A stretch of DNA of 54,940 nt from positions 1-54,940 of the IMG/VR virus record IMGVR_UViG_3300010233_000019; one strand, 5' to 3'. The notes under the pieces were generated by a model, which searched no databases, was not told the DNA's origin, and saw only the letters and a program-made list of their open reading frames with translations. The first letter of the stretch is position 1, and each line of letters begins with the position of its first letter. The position numbers and the translations under genes were made by a program. This stretch comes from a virus (lineage: Duplodnaviria; Caudoviricetes). Positions 9,239-18,894 of the stretch are shown one piece after another.

Positions 9239-10146
9239 TGCCCACTCTCCTCCATCAACAGCAAGGACTGACCATTGTGAAGAACGACAAGAACGGCTTC
9301 ACAGTGTGCACACTTCACTTCACTGCGGATCCAAAGAAACGCAGCCCCGAGTGGAAACGCGAAGCCTCACAGGGTCTCTCCAAGGCCAAGTTCGAACAAG
9401 AATACGAGATCTCCTATGATGCGTTGATGGGGGAGAGGGTCTTCCCAGAGATCAAAGATCGCCAGGATGAAATCATCTATGCCGAAGGCCCCTTCCTGGA
9501 GGATCATTGGCCCTCCGATCTCCCCATGTGGGGAGGCTTTGATTATGGGGCTCGAAACCCCTCGTCCTTCCACATCTACACCATCTACGATAAGGTGATG
9601 TATGCTTTGTGGGAACTGTATGAGCCTTGCAAGAATATCTTGGACTTTGCCCAACGCATGAAGGATTGCCCGTATTGGGGGCAACTCCGCTACATCGCAG
9701 CGGATCCAGACATATTCAACCTCAAGCAACGCGACATGCGGACGGGACTCCCCATCAGTGTGGAGTCACAATTCCGTAGCCTCGGAGTGAACAAACTCCT
9801 CCAAGGAAACACCGATGAGGCGGGGTGGATTGCCCAGGTCCAACGTCGCTGGCAGGGGCCGGAGATCACCTTCAAGATCCACGCCTCATGTCGAAACATG
9901 ATCAACGAATTTGGCGAAGCCACCTACGTCTCCATGAGTGATCGCCAACTTGAAACCTCCAACTACCGAGAAGCAATGGTAGACAAGAAAAACCACTCCC
10001 TGGATGATTGTAAATACTTCATGAACTCATGTCCCTCGGGAGGACTCAGAAAGGGAAAGCTTCCCTCGCTCGTGTCAAACTACAGCCCCTGGACCTCGCA
10101 ACGCGAAACGGGAAGTCTCTATGATTGGAGTAAAAAGGAATTCTAA
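9238..10146 (+). CDS. terminase large subunit, C-terminal RNase H-like nuclease half
   Basis: EQEYE linker, GGFDYGARNP, AADP, KKNHSLDDCKY; directly upstream of portal. Confidence 0.85.
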   Translation: MPTLLHQQQGLTIVKNDKNGFTVCTLHFTADPKKRSPEWKREASQGLSKAKFEQEYEISYDALMGERVFPEIKDRQDEIIYAEGPFLEDHWPSDLPMWGGFDYGARNPSSFHIYTIYDKVMYALWELYEPCKNILDFAQRMKDCPYWGQLRYIAADPDIFNLKQRDMRTGLPISVESQFRSLGVNKLLQGNTDEAGWIAQVQRRWQGPEITFKIHASCRNMINEFGEATYVSMSDRQLETSNYREAMVDKKNHSLDDCKYFMNSCPSGGLRKGKLPSLVSNYSPWTSQRETGSLYDWSKKEF

Positions 10147-10149
10147 CCT

Positions 10150-12438
10150 ATGGCCATAGTTCCGTATGAACATTCATTTCCGGTAGACTTTGCACAGGGG
10201 GAGAACAAAGCCTCCCAACGAGCGGGATCCAATGAGGACGAGGCCCGCATTGCGGGATTCATCACCACATGGAGATCCCAACTTCGCTCTACATTCATCA
10301 CCCGCCGAAACATCTGGGACGATTGCTGGAAGCTCTATCGAGGGCTGGATGATTGGTCGAATAGGGAGGATTGGCAATCCAAGATTGTCCTTCCCAAGAG
10401 TTGGGCCTCCGTCAAGATGGCCACCAACACGATCAAGAGGCTCCTCTCCACTGCAAAGCGGCCCTATACAATTGAGTCGATCAACCCGGATGATCTTCTG
10501 ACTACCCTCCGGGCGGAGCAGATGACGGATCTCACCCGGGTCTTCCTGGACAAAGCTCACTTTCTTCAAGAATTCACTGAGGGCCTTGAGTGTGGGTTCA
10601 TCTTGGGCCTGGGAGTGTGGAAACTCTGGTGGGGTCTCGTCCCGCGCAAGAGGACCCGAGTTGAGACCCAAATGATGCAGATCCCCTATGGGGCTCCCGG
10701 GCAGTTCGGCCAAGGTGGCCAAGGCCCACAAGACATCCTCCAACACGAACCTGGCAAGGATGTGATGCCAGCCTTTGCCCAAGGCATGAAAGCCTATGGT
10801 GCTCAGGATGCTTCACAATACCCCACCCAACTCCCGCAGGAAGCATTGTCCCCACAGGGTTGGGGAGGTTTGGGGCTCGGCAACTTCGCCCCTCCCTCGA
10901 TGCTTTCCATCCCTCAGAAAAAGGTCATCCAAGAGGAAGTCCTCGAGGGGCAACTCTTTCTGCGTGCCGTGGATCCATACAACTTCCACTGGCTCCCCGG
11001 ATCAAAGCTCAACCGCTGGGTCGGAACGATGGAGGATGTGGAAATCCCCAAGTGGGAACTCATCAAGATGGCCGAAGCAGGACTCTTCCCGATGGAAAAG
11101 GTCAAGGCCATTCAACCCAAGCGAATTGATGAGCGGTACCTCATGCGGACCCTCCGATTCTCCGAGACAGTGCTGACCCAGAATGGCCCGAACTCCGACA
11201 CGGCAGTCTGCCAACTCACGGAGTACTTTGGTCCACTCATCTTTGATGGCAAGATCTGGGATGAAAATGCTCACGTAATCCTAGCTAACGACTCCACGGT
11301 TCTGCTCTACCAGCATAATCCCTTCTGGCATGGCAAGTCCCCATACATTGCATTCTCCCCATTGTCCCTGCCCTTCCGAACCGAAGGTGTGGGGCTCGTG
11401 GAGATGGTCCGGAATATTGACAAAGCTCTCTCCCAGCTTGCCAATCTTTCTGTGGATACTTTGATGTTTCGGCTTCTGCCACTCTTTGAGGTAGCTACAG
11501 ATGCTTTTGAGAATCCTGAAGATCTTGAAACTGGCATCACGCCTGGAAAGATGCTGCGTAAGAATCTTGGCTCGGCTGGGGTGGAAGGCATCCGGCCCGT
11601 ACGTTTCGAGGATGTCTCCTCGGGTACCGTCCAAGTCGCCGGACTCCTGGATCGTTCTCATCAGGAAGGTGCGCTGATCTCGGATGTCGCGGAGGGGATC
11701 CCTCGATGGAGGGGACAGCAAACCGCAACGGAAACCCAAGCCTTACAGCAACAAAGTGAGAGCTTCATGGGATCCATGGCGGGGGACATCGAGAGTCAGG
11801 CCTTGCAGCCCCTCGTGCAGATGGCGATGGATCTGATCTTTCAGTTCATTGATACCGCGAATGATCCCCGGATTGCATCGATCCTGGGCGTTGGTGCGGA
11901 TTCCCTCGCTGCGATGAGCCGAGAAGAGATTATGGAAATGATCCAGGGGGAGTACAAAGTGAAGGCCCTTGGCATCACAGGCCAGCTCCAGAAGGCCGAC
12001 ATGCTTCAGAATCTGGTCCAATTCATGAACCTCATCGGCCAGAATCCCCAAGCGTGGCTCCCGTATATCAACCAGGATGCGTTGCTGCGGAGAGTTCTTG
12101 AGGCCTTCCGCCCAACGATCCATGACATTGAGGATATCATCTCTGATCCGGCTCTGGCTGAGGCCAAAAAGGCTGAGATGCAGCAGAATGAAATCACCCC
12201 GGATCTGATCCGGCTCCTTCCGCAGCTTGCATCGATGGCTCAGGGCCAGCAACAGACTCAGCATGATCAGTCCTTGGATCTCCAGCGGATGCAACACGAA
12301 CGGGAATCCACCTTAATGGATCAACACATCCAGACCGCTCAGATGATGGCCCAACATGCCCAGCAAATGGGGGCCCAACAGATCCAGCAACAACAGGTCC
12401 AACAGCAAGCTGCCCCGCAGGGCCAGGGAGGTCAGTAA
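10150..12438 (+). CDS. portal protein
   Basis: 762 aa after terminase; VDPYNF, GVGLVE, QTATE motifs; Gln-rich tail. Confidence 0.85.
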   Translation: MAIVPYEHSFPVDFAQGENKASQRAGSNEDEARIAGFITTWRSQLRSTFITRRNIWDDCWKLYRGLDDWSNREDWQSKIVLPKSWASVKMATNTIKRLLSTAKRPYTIESINPDDLLTTLRAEQMTDLTRVFLDKAHFLQEFTEGLECGFILGLGVWKLWWGLVPRKRTRVETQMMQIPYGAPGQFGQGGQGPQDILQHEPGKDVMPAFAQGMKAYGAQDASQYPTQLPQEALSPQGWGGLGLGNFAPPSMLSIPQKKVIQEEVLEGQLFLRAVDPYNFHWLPGSKLNRWVGTMEDVEIPKWELIKMAEAGLFPMEKVKAIQPKRIDERYLMRTLRFSETVLTQNGPNSDTAVCQLTEYFGPLIFDGKIWDENAHVILANDSTVLLYQHNPFWHGKSPYIAFSPLSLPFRTEGVGLVEMVRNIDKALSQLANLSVDTLMFRLLPLFEVATDAFENPEDLETGITPGKMLRKNLGSAGVEGIRPVRFEDVSSGTVQVAGLLDRSHQEGALISDVAEGIPRWRGQQTATETQALQQQSESFMGSMAGDIESQALQPLVQMAMDLIFQFIDTANDPRIASILGVGADSLAAMSREEIMEMIQGEYKVKALGITGQLQKADMLQNLVQFMNLIGQNPQAWLPYINQDALLRRVLEAFRPTIHDIEDIISDPALAEAKKAEMQQNEITPDLIRLLPQLASMAQGQQQTQHDQSLDLQRMQHERESTLMDQHIQTAQMMAQHAQQMGAQQIQQQQVQQQAAPQGQGGQ

Positions 12439-12439
12439 G

Positions 12440-13105
12440 ATGCCAGTCGATACCATCCGAGGTTCCTCAGATCTCCCTCTCTCTGGGGAGGGCCATGACC
12501 AGGCGAATGTGGTGGGAATGCAATTCGCCCAGAAGGGAGGGCTGGATCGAATCCATAGTTCCAGCCTTACCCGGGCCGTGCAGACCGCCAAGGCCATCTC
12601 CCGCCACACCCACGCACCGATCACCAAGGTCAGTGAGGATCTTCATCCTTGGCATCTTGGGGGCCTGGAGGGAAGGCCAACCACTGAGGTCCTCCCTGAG
12701 ATGGATCGCCTCATTGGAGAGGCTCCCGATGAACCTGCCCCTGGGATGGGCCCAGAATCCACCGCGCAGGGGGAATCCTTCAATGACTTCAAACGTCGTG
12801 GCCTCGCGGGACTGAAGATGCTCCTTGCAGAGCACACAGCAGATCCCTCTGCCAAGATCGGAGCGGTCACCCACTACCGCAATGTCCGTCTGGCTAACGC
12901 CTGGGCGAAGGAGGGGGGAGTGGGAAATGACCGTGTGAAGCCCTCTGAAATGCACGATGACACCTCTGGACCCACGAGTGTGTGGAGGTTTGCCACGGGG
13001 CAGAAGGAAACTCCTCAGCTCACCAAAATCGACATGGGCTCCCCCGACCCCCTGGATGGTGGGGTATATCTCATCCGACATGGCGCAACGGATTGGAATG
13101 GTTAA
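12440..13105 (+). CDS. histidine phosphatase superfamily protein, circularly permuted
   Basis: RGxxDLPLSxxG, SSSLTRAVQTA, GES, VTH motifs in normal order, but VYLIRHGATDWN at the extreme C-terminus. Confidence 0.85.
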   Translation: MPVDTIRGSSDLPLSGEGHDQANVVGMQFAQKGGLDRIHSSSLTRAVQTAKAISRHTHAPITKVSEDLHPWHLGGLEGRPTTEVLPEMDRLIGEAPDEPAPGMGPESTAQGESFNDFKRRGLAGLKMLLAEHTADPSAKIGAVTHYRNVRLANAWAKEGGVGNDRVKPSEMHDDTSGPTSVWRFATGQKETPQLTKIDMGSPDPLDGGVYLIRHGATDWNG

Positions 13106-13117
13106 GGAGATACAGAA

Positions 13118-14392
13118 ATGGCAGATCCCGTAAGACTAGTCGAAGGCCCAAATGACACTGCAGTGGGGAATCCCTCCAATCCCATGGAGATCTCTGTGGT
13201 GGGACCCACCGATGCATTCTCCCGAATGAGGACCTCGAGTCCAGTCACACTATTTGACTCCCAGTTGCAATATGACTTGCACCCTCTTCTTTGGGAGAGT
13301 ATCCTCACTGCAACGGGCACGGTAACCCATCTCCCAAATGAATCCTCCGCGCAGTTAACCGTGGTGACCTCTGGGGACAAGGTAATCCGCCAGAGTCATG
13401 GGTACTTTCGATACCAACCTGGGAAGTCCCAACTCATTGCCCAGACATTTGTATTTGGAAGTGCCACAACAAATATCCGCCGAAGACTGGGGTACTTCGA
13501 TGTGGACAATGGGATCTTCCTCGAGCAAGTCTCCACGGGTGCGAGTATTGTGCGTCGCACCAAAACCTCCGGGGTGGCAGTGGACACTGCCGTGGCCCAA
13601 ACCAATTGGAATCTTGACAAGCTTGATGGATCCGGAACTTCTGGGATAACCTTGGATCTCTCCAAAGCCCAGATCTTAGTGATAGATCTCCAATGGTTGG
13701 GCACCGGACGGGTGAGGGTGGGATTTGACATTGGAGGGACCATCATCTATGCCCATCAATTCCTCAACTCCAACTCCATCACCACGGTCTACATGACCAC
13801 TGCAAATCTCCCCCTTCGATATGAACTTGAAGCCACTGGGGCGATTGGGGCTTCCACCACGATGAAGCAGATCTGTTCCAGTGTGATCTCCGAGGGGGGA
13901 TTTGAGGAAGGCCGAGGTCTGAGTTTCTCCGCGTCGAATCCCCTCGCAGGGAAGGCCATCACCACCCGGGCAGCGGTGATTACGATTCGGCCAAAATCCA
14001 CTTTCAACTCCATCCCCAATCGAGGCCAGATCATTCTGGACCATCTTGATACCATGGTTGTTACGAATAATGCTTTCTATGAAATCGTGTATAACGGCAC
14101 CCTTGGAGGAACCGCAACATACACCTCGGTTGATGCCAATTCCCTTGTGGAGTTTGACACCGCATCTACGACGGTCAGTGGTGGAACCGTGATTGAGAGT
14201 GGGTACCTTGCAGCAGGTGCGGGAAATGGAGCCAATGCAGTCTCCCAGGTCTCTGAAGTAGGGTTAAATTCTCGTCTCGCAATTGCCCTAAACGCTGCAG
14301 GGAATATTGCCGACACGATAACCTTTGTTGCCACAGCTCAAACTGGTACCTCCACAGTAAATGCAACCTTTGAATGGAAGGAAATCCGATAG
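13118..14392 (+). CDS. probable virion structural protein (beta-rich)
   Basis: [32 protein letters not shown] motifs; lies in the head region. Confidence 0.65.
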   Translation: MADPVRLVEGPNDTAVGNPSNPMEISVVGPTDAFSRMRTSSPVTLFDSQLQYDLHPLLWESILTATGTVTHLPNESSAQLTVVTSGDKVIRQSHGYFRYQPGKSQLIAQTFVFGSATTNIRRRLGYFDVDNGIFLEQVSTGASIVRRTKTSGVAVDTAVAQTNWNLDKLDGSGTSGITLDLSKAQILVIDLQWLGTGRVRVGFDIGGTIIYAHQFLNSNSITTVYMTTANLPLRYELEATGAIGASTTMKQICSSVISEGGFEEGRGLSFSASNPLAGKAITTRAAVITIRPKSTFNSIPNRGQIILDHLDTMVVTNNAFYEIVYNGTLGGTATYTSVDANSLVEFDTASTTVSGGTVIESGYLAAGAGNGANAVSQVSEVGLNSRLAIALNAAGNIADTITFVATAQTGTSTVNATFEWKEIR

Positions 14393-14399
14393 GAGATTT

Positions 14400-15455
14400 A
14401 TGAAACAACTTTTGCGTTTGGCAATGGTACTTTTAGGGCTGGGCCTCCTTGGCCATGCCCAGACTCCCACATGGTATGGGGGGATCTACTATGATGCGGG
14501 GACTTCCACCCCGGGGAGTTGTAGCCCTCCCGCGATGTTCTATCGCACGGATCAGATTATATTCTACATGTGTGGGAAGGATGGAACCTACCACTCTGCG
14601 GGGAGTGGGGGTGGGAGTAATGCAAGTGTCGTGGCAACCTTCAATACCTCTACGAGTAGTTGTAGTTTGGCGGTGGGGGCTCCGGTGGGAGCCACCTGTG
14701 TTGCTGCAACTGGGGCTTCACCAAAAGTAACTGTCACTCATAAACTCAACAATGCCCACGTAAGTGGGTGGGTGGATGATGCAAATGGAATTGTGGGAAG
14801 CAACATCCTTACTGCCAAGGCCACCTCTGCGGATATATTCGTGTGGACATTTGTCTCTGACCAAACCGGAACGGCGACTATTGACACCGGAGGTGTTGGC
14901 CCTCCGGGACCTACGGGTAGTGCGGGTGCAACGGGGGCTACTGGTCCTACAGGTGCAACGGGTCCCACCGGACCCACGGGCCCGACTGGCTTAACTGGTC
15001 CTGCCGGACCTGCAGGATCTGGTGCGGGGGATGTCCTTGGCCCCGCTACAAATCATGATGGGTGGATCCCAGAGTGGAATGGAGCAAATAGCAAGACCCT
15101 AAAGGATGGTATTGACCCGGCAACGCTCCTCACAACTAGTTCCGGAGCAACCATAACCATTGCAACTGGGACAGCGGCTCTGGGCACCGGGGCACTTGCA
15201 GCCAATACTTGTGCATCTGAGGTGCAACCCACAGCGGCAACGGGGAGTCTCTCAACCATTGCCACTACAGATATCATCAGTTGGACTCCAAACGCAGACT
15301 GGAGTGGGTTGGTGGGATATGGAAAGGCGAGCACAGACGGTCTAATTGTGTACCCGAAGCCCTCTTCGGCCCATGTGGGGTTTATCGTCTGCAACGCGAC
15401 GGGCACGAGCATCACAGTACCAGCGGCAACCGTGAACTGGGCGGTGAGGAGATGA
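14400..15455 (+). CDS. exported collagen-like fibre protein
   Basis: Signal [20 protein letters not shown]; PGSC domain; about 14 Gly-X-Y repeats. Confidence 0.8.
   Translation: MKQLLRLAMVLLGLGLLGHAQTPTWYGGIYYDAGTSTPGSCSPPAMFYRTDQIIFYMCGKDGTYHSAGSGGGSNASVVATFNTSTSSCSLAVGAPVGATCVAATGASPKVTVTHKLNNAHVSGWVDDANGIVGSNILTAKATSADIFVWTFVSDQTGTATIDTGGVGPPGPTGSAGATGATGPTGATGPTGPTGPTGLTGPAGPAGSGAGDVLGPATNHDGWIPEWNGANSKTLKDGIDPATLLTTSSGATITIATGTAALGTGALAANTCASEVQPTAATGSLSTIATTDIISWTPNADWSGLVGYGKASTDGLIVYPKPSSAHVGFIVCNATGTSITVPAATVNWAVRR
14898..15023 (+). repeat. collagen-like Gly-X-Y coding repeat
   Basis: [42 protein letters not shown]. Confidence 0.9.
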
Positions 15456-16225
15456 TACGTAGGCTAATACTTATTACATTCCTAGCCACATCGGGAGCTT
15501 TTGCCGCTATCGCCTTGGTAGACCATACGGCAGGCGGTCCAGTAACCGCTGGAACTCCATTCACCACCACAGCCATCAATACCACCGGGGCCACGCTTCT
15601 GGTGGTTGTGAGAGTAGACAACACCGGGAACACCTTGAGCACCGGGATTTCCTTTGACGACAAGGTTGGTGGAATCAGCACGGGTAACATCTGGCGCTAC
15701 CTAACCGCGCAGACCACCGGATCTCCTGGCACTCAGGTGCTAATCTCCTATTCCTACAACAGCGCAGGCGGGGCGTTGGTGGTAGGGGCAAACCATACCT
15801 TTTTCGGTAATCCTGGCGGTAACACCCTCAGCATGGCCGCATCTGCATGGTCAGGCACAAAAACCTCCGCAGATCCCTTTGCCAGTGTGCAGAACGGCGC
15901 TCATACTGCCGCCTCTCCAGGTGGGGCTAGTAGCTTGGCGACGGGAAACATTACCCCGCCTAGTGATGGTTGTTTGATTATTTCTGGCACGGGAGTTAGG
16001 TCTGGAACTAGCTATACATCCACATTGACATTACTTGATGCTGTGGATTGGATCACTGGGCAAAGAACTGGCATTGCTCATTCCTATCAAATCCAAACTA
16101 CAGCAACAATAGTTGGCACGACTTGGACCATTGGTTCTGGTGGCACGGACCAGATATCCGTTGCCATCGCGGCCTTTCTACCAGCCGCTGGATCCACTAT
16201 TCGTAGAAGGTGGTATGGCCAATGA
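15452..16225 (+). CDS. exported Thr/Gly-rich beta protein
   Basis: Signal [18 protein letters not shown]; ATGA coupling. Confidence 0.75.
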   Translation: MIRRLILITFLATSGAFAAIALVDHTAGGPVTAGTPFTTTAINTTGATLLVVVRVDNTGNTLSTGISFDDKVGGISTGNIWRYLTAQTTGSPGTQVLISYSYNSAGGALVVGANHTFFGNPGGNTLSMAASAWSGTKTSADPFASVQNGAHTAASPGGASSLATGNITPPSDGCLIISGTGVRSGTSYTSTLTLLDAVDWITGQRTGIAHSYQIQTTATIVGTTWTIGSGGTDQISVAIAAFLPAAGSTIRRRWYGQ

Positions 16226-17481
16226 TAAATCGATTTGCATGTCTCCCGCGCAAAATCACCCGTCGCAAGTTTGGAAAGTTTGCAATGGGACTAGGCGCTG
16301 CCACGGGTGCTGAACTTCTGTCTACGCGCAAGGCATGGGCAGCGGGTACCCCATTCACCATCGCCTTGGTACCTGACCCACAATACCTAGCAGGAGATCA
16401 GGTGTCCTCCAGCGCCCAGGCCTACAATGCTCTGATCCAGTGGGGCATCACCAACAGGAATCTCAGCGTCACCGGAACTCCCCTCAACATCAAAGGGTTC
16501 CTCCAGGTTGGTGACTGTGTGAACACTGTCAGTGCGACAACCTTTGACGCGCAACAGCAGATCAGTGCGAATGCCTATGCCCTAGCCGAAGCCACCAACC
16601 CAAGAATGTTTGTGGCTAGGTGCGTGGGAAATCATGACTATGTTGGCGGGTCCGGTGCGATTGACCGTGCCACCCTTGGCTACATGTTCCGCGATGATAA
16701 GGCAGGAGTATGGAGCCCTACCAACGTAGCCTCGATCTACTCTGGCGGGATGGACCTGGGCGCTGGAGACTCGGCAGTGTTTGGGGGAGTCTACCCTGAT
16801 CCGACATTCCCGGTGAGTACCGCCAATAACTACATGAGGTTGAATATCCAGGGAATGAAGATAGGTATCATGTCCTTGGAGTTCTACCCTCGCACCGCTG
16901 TGGTTAGTTGGGCATTGAACCTTATCAGGTCCTATCCGACTCATCAATGGTGGATTACTACCCATGGCTATATGGACACCCTTGGTGCTCTCGCCACGCG
17001 GGGAAGCGCCTTTGGTCCAGCAACATATTCCCTGGCTGCTGGAGGGGCCAGCAACAGTGGAGACGAACTTCAGGCCCTGGTGCTTGCTGAGCCCAACCTG
17101 ACCGGAATCTTCTGCGGACATTGGATAGATGGCTATGGTGGTGGATCAAATTGGGTTTGGCAAAGGCTTCCAGCAACCAGCACAAGCCCTAAGGCCCAGA
17201 CAATCCAGCAGGTACTTTGCAACTGCCAGGGAGCTGCGGGAACCGGAGATGTAATCAACTTTGGAATTCCCCCTAATGGAACCTCCGATGTGATGCATCT
17301 GATGCTGCTCCGTATCACACCCGCGACCCAGATGATGGAGAGTTTCCTAGTCAGCACTAACAACGGGAAGTGGACAGGAGCCCTTGGCAGTCTCAACAAC
17401 GCTAATCCCGTGCAACTTTTCAATGTCAGTATGGCCCAACCCCCGGGTCTGTATTGGATGCCAAGCCCAGTTAATAGATAA
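16222..17481 (+). CDS. Tat-exported calcineurin-like metallophosphoesterase
   Basis: TRRKF twin-arginine signal ending in AWA; DPQY, GD, GNHD, TH and GH metal motifs. Confidence 0.8.
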   Translation: MINRFACLPRKITRRKFGKFAMGLGAATGAELLSTRKAWAAGTPFTIALVPDPQYLAGDQVSSSAQAYNALIQWGITNRNLSVTGTPLNIKGFLQVGDCVNTVSATTFDAQQQISANAYALAEATNPRMFVARCVGNHDYVGGSGAIDRATLGYMFRDDKAGVWSPTNVASIYSGGMDLGAGDSAVFGGVYPDPTFPVSTANNYMRLNIQGMKIGIMSLEFYPRTAVVSWALNLIRSYPTHQWWITTHGYMDTLGALATRGSAFGPATYSLAAGGASNSGDELQALVLAEPNLTGIFCGHWIDGYGGGSNWVWQRLPATSTSPKAQTIQQVLCNCQGAAGTGDVINFGIPPNGTSDVMHLMLLRITPATQMMESFLVSTNNGKWTGALGSLNNANPVQLFNVSMAQPPGLYWMPSPVNR

Positions 17482-17498
17482 CCCCCAAAAGGAGCCCT

Positions 17499-17738
17499 AT
17501 GTCCGATTCAATCGTCACCATCAGTACCCCCATAGCCACTATCGTGGACGCCAGTTCCAAGGTCTTCGCCTCAATCATGGCCTACGCAGAGAAGGTCCGC
17601 GAGACGGAGTCCCCCCTCTCCCGAGACGAGGAGGACCATATCCGCTTCCAGGCATACTGGGACTGGCGAGGGGTCTTGCAGTTCTGCAAGATCGTGGGAG
17701 ACCCTCTTCCTTGGCCCCCCTCTGGGCCCCCTAAGTAG
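17499..17738 (+). CDS. hypothetical protein
   Basis: SD AAGGAG; 79 aa. Confidence 0.65.
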   Translation: MSDSIVTISTPIATIVDASSKVFASIMAYAEKVRETESPLSRDEEDHIRFQAYWDWRGVLQFCKIVGDPLPWPPSGPPK

Positions 17739-17742
17739 CGAG

Positions 17743-17772
17743 TTGACAAACACATAGCAACTATGCTATAAT
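17743..17772 (+). promoter_or_regulatory. sigma70-type promoter for head genes
   Basis: TTGACA-18 nt-TATAAT with TG extension; CATAG-caa-CTATG inverted repeat in the spacer. Confidence 0.8.
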
Positions 17773-17785
17773 GTCCCTATAAACT

Positions 17786-18085
17786 ATGTCCTACGAGTCA
17801 AAACTCCTTGCAGTGGCCCAGGCAGAGGATACTTTCAACCTCTCCCAACACATTGCATGGACTGATGTTATCCGTCCCAGGCTGGAAGCCAAGGCCTCGG
17901 TGTACTCTAAGATGCTTGTTTCCCATCTCTTAGGGGGACAACTCCCCGGAAATCTCACCAAAGAACAAGTCGCAGGGAAGATTTACGGAATCCAAGAAAT
18001 CATATCCACCTTTGAGCAAGTTCTTGCTCAAGGGAAGAAAGCCCTCGAGGATATCGAATCCTCCGGGGTATCACTCCAACTCTAG
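17786..18085 (+). CDS. hypothetical head-region protein
   Basis: 99 aa helical ORF before the scaffold gene. Confidence 0.7.
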   Translation: MSYESKLLAVAQAEDTFNLSQHIAWTDVIRPRLEAKASVYSKMLVSHLLGGQLPGNLTKEQVAGKIYGIQEIISTFEQVLAQGKKALEDIESSGVSLQL

Positions 18086-18097
18086 AGGAAACACATC

Positions 18098-18856
18098 ATG
18101 GCACCAGATCCCACAGTTCAGACCACGCCCCCCGAGGGGGAAACTGCAGAACAGAAATACGCCCGACTCTACGAAGCAACGCCTCCGGCACCACCTGCTC
18201 CCCCGGCTCCAGATCCCAATGCGGCATTGATGGAATCCGTTCAGGCGCTACGCCAGGAAATGGCAGGGCTTCGCCAAACAGTTCAAACTCCGCCTCCGAC
18301 CCCCCAAGTTCCCCAAACCCCAACCACACAGTGGTTCGATCATCTCCGTGCAGGGGAATGGGAAAAGGCCGAGGAGGATCTCATTAACCGAGTTCGTGGC
18401 AAGGTTCTGGCAGAGGCCGAGACCGCCGCCTCAACCAAGGCCTACGAGGCTATGACAGTTCAATTGGAGGTTGATCGATACCTCCAGGATCTCCGTTCTA
18501 AGAACCCCGACATCATCCCGATGGAAGGGTACCTACATGCACCTGTACAGAACCGAATTGAAAGTCTCAAGCGAGAAGGACGTATTCAGTCCAATGCTGA
18601 CTTCATTCGGGAATACAAAAGTGTTGTAGAAGATGAAGTTACAAAACTACGAAAAATCACCGGACAGTATCGTGCTGCTGGAACAAATGAGGCTCGAACG
18701 AGACAGCAGGAAGTCTCCTCTTCGACGCCCCTTCAACCCCAAAGTGTCAGTTCCCTCCAAGAAGGATCCCCGCAAGCTTCTCCCCCCGACGTAAGTACGG
18801 AAAGCTATTTTGACCGTCGGAAGAAGATTGAGGCGCTCCGTCGTGGGATGGGCTAG
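18098..18856 (+). CDS. capsid scaffolding protein
   Basis: Pro-rich N-terminus, helical and charged; directly upstream of MCP. Confidence 0.7.
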   Translation: MAPDPTVQTTPPEGETAEQKYARLYEATPPAPPAPPAPDPNAALMESVQALRQEMAGLRQTVQTPPPTPQVPQTPTTQWFDHLRAGEWEKAEEDLINRVRGKVLAEAETAASTKAYEAMTVQLEVDRYLQDLRSKNPDIIPMEGYLHAPVQNRIESLKREGRIQSNADFIREYKSVVEDEVTKLRKITGQYRAAGTNEARTRQQEVSSSTPLQPQSVSSLQEGSPQASPPDVSTESYFDRRKKIEALRRGMG

Positions 18857-18894
18857 CCCCTTGGGGACCAGCTAAAACACAGGAGATTTAACGT

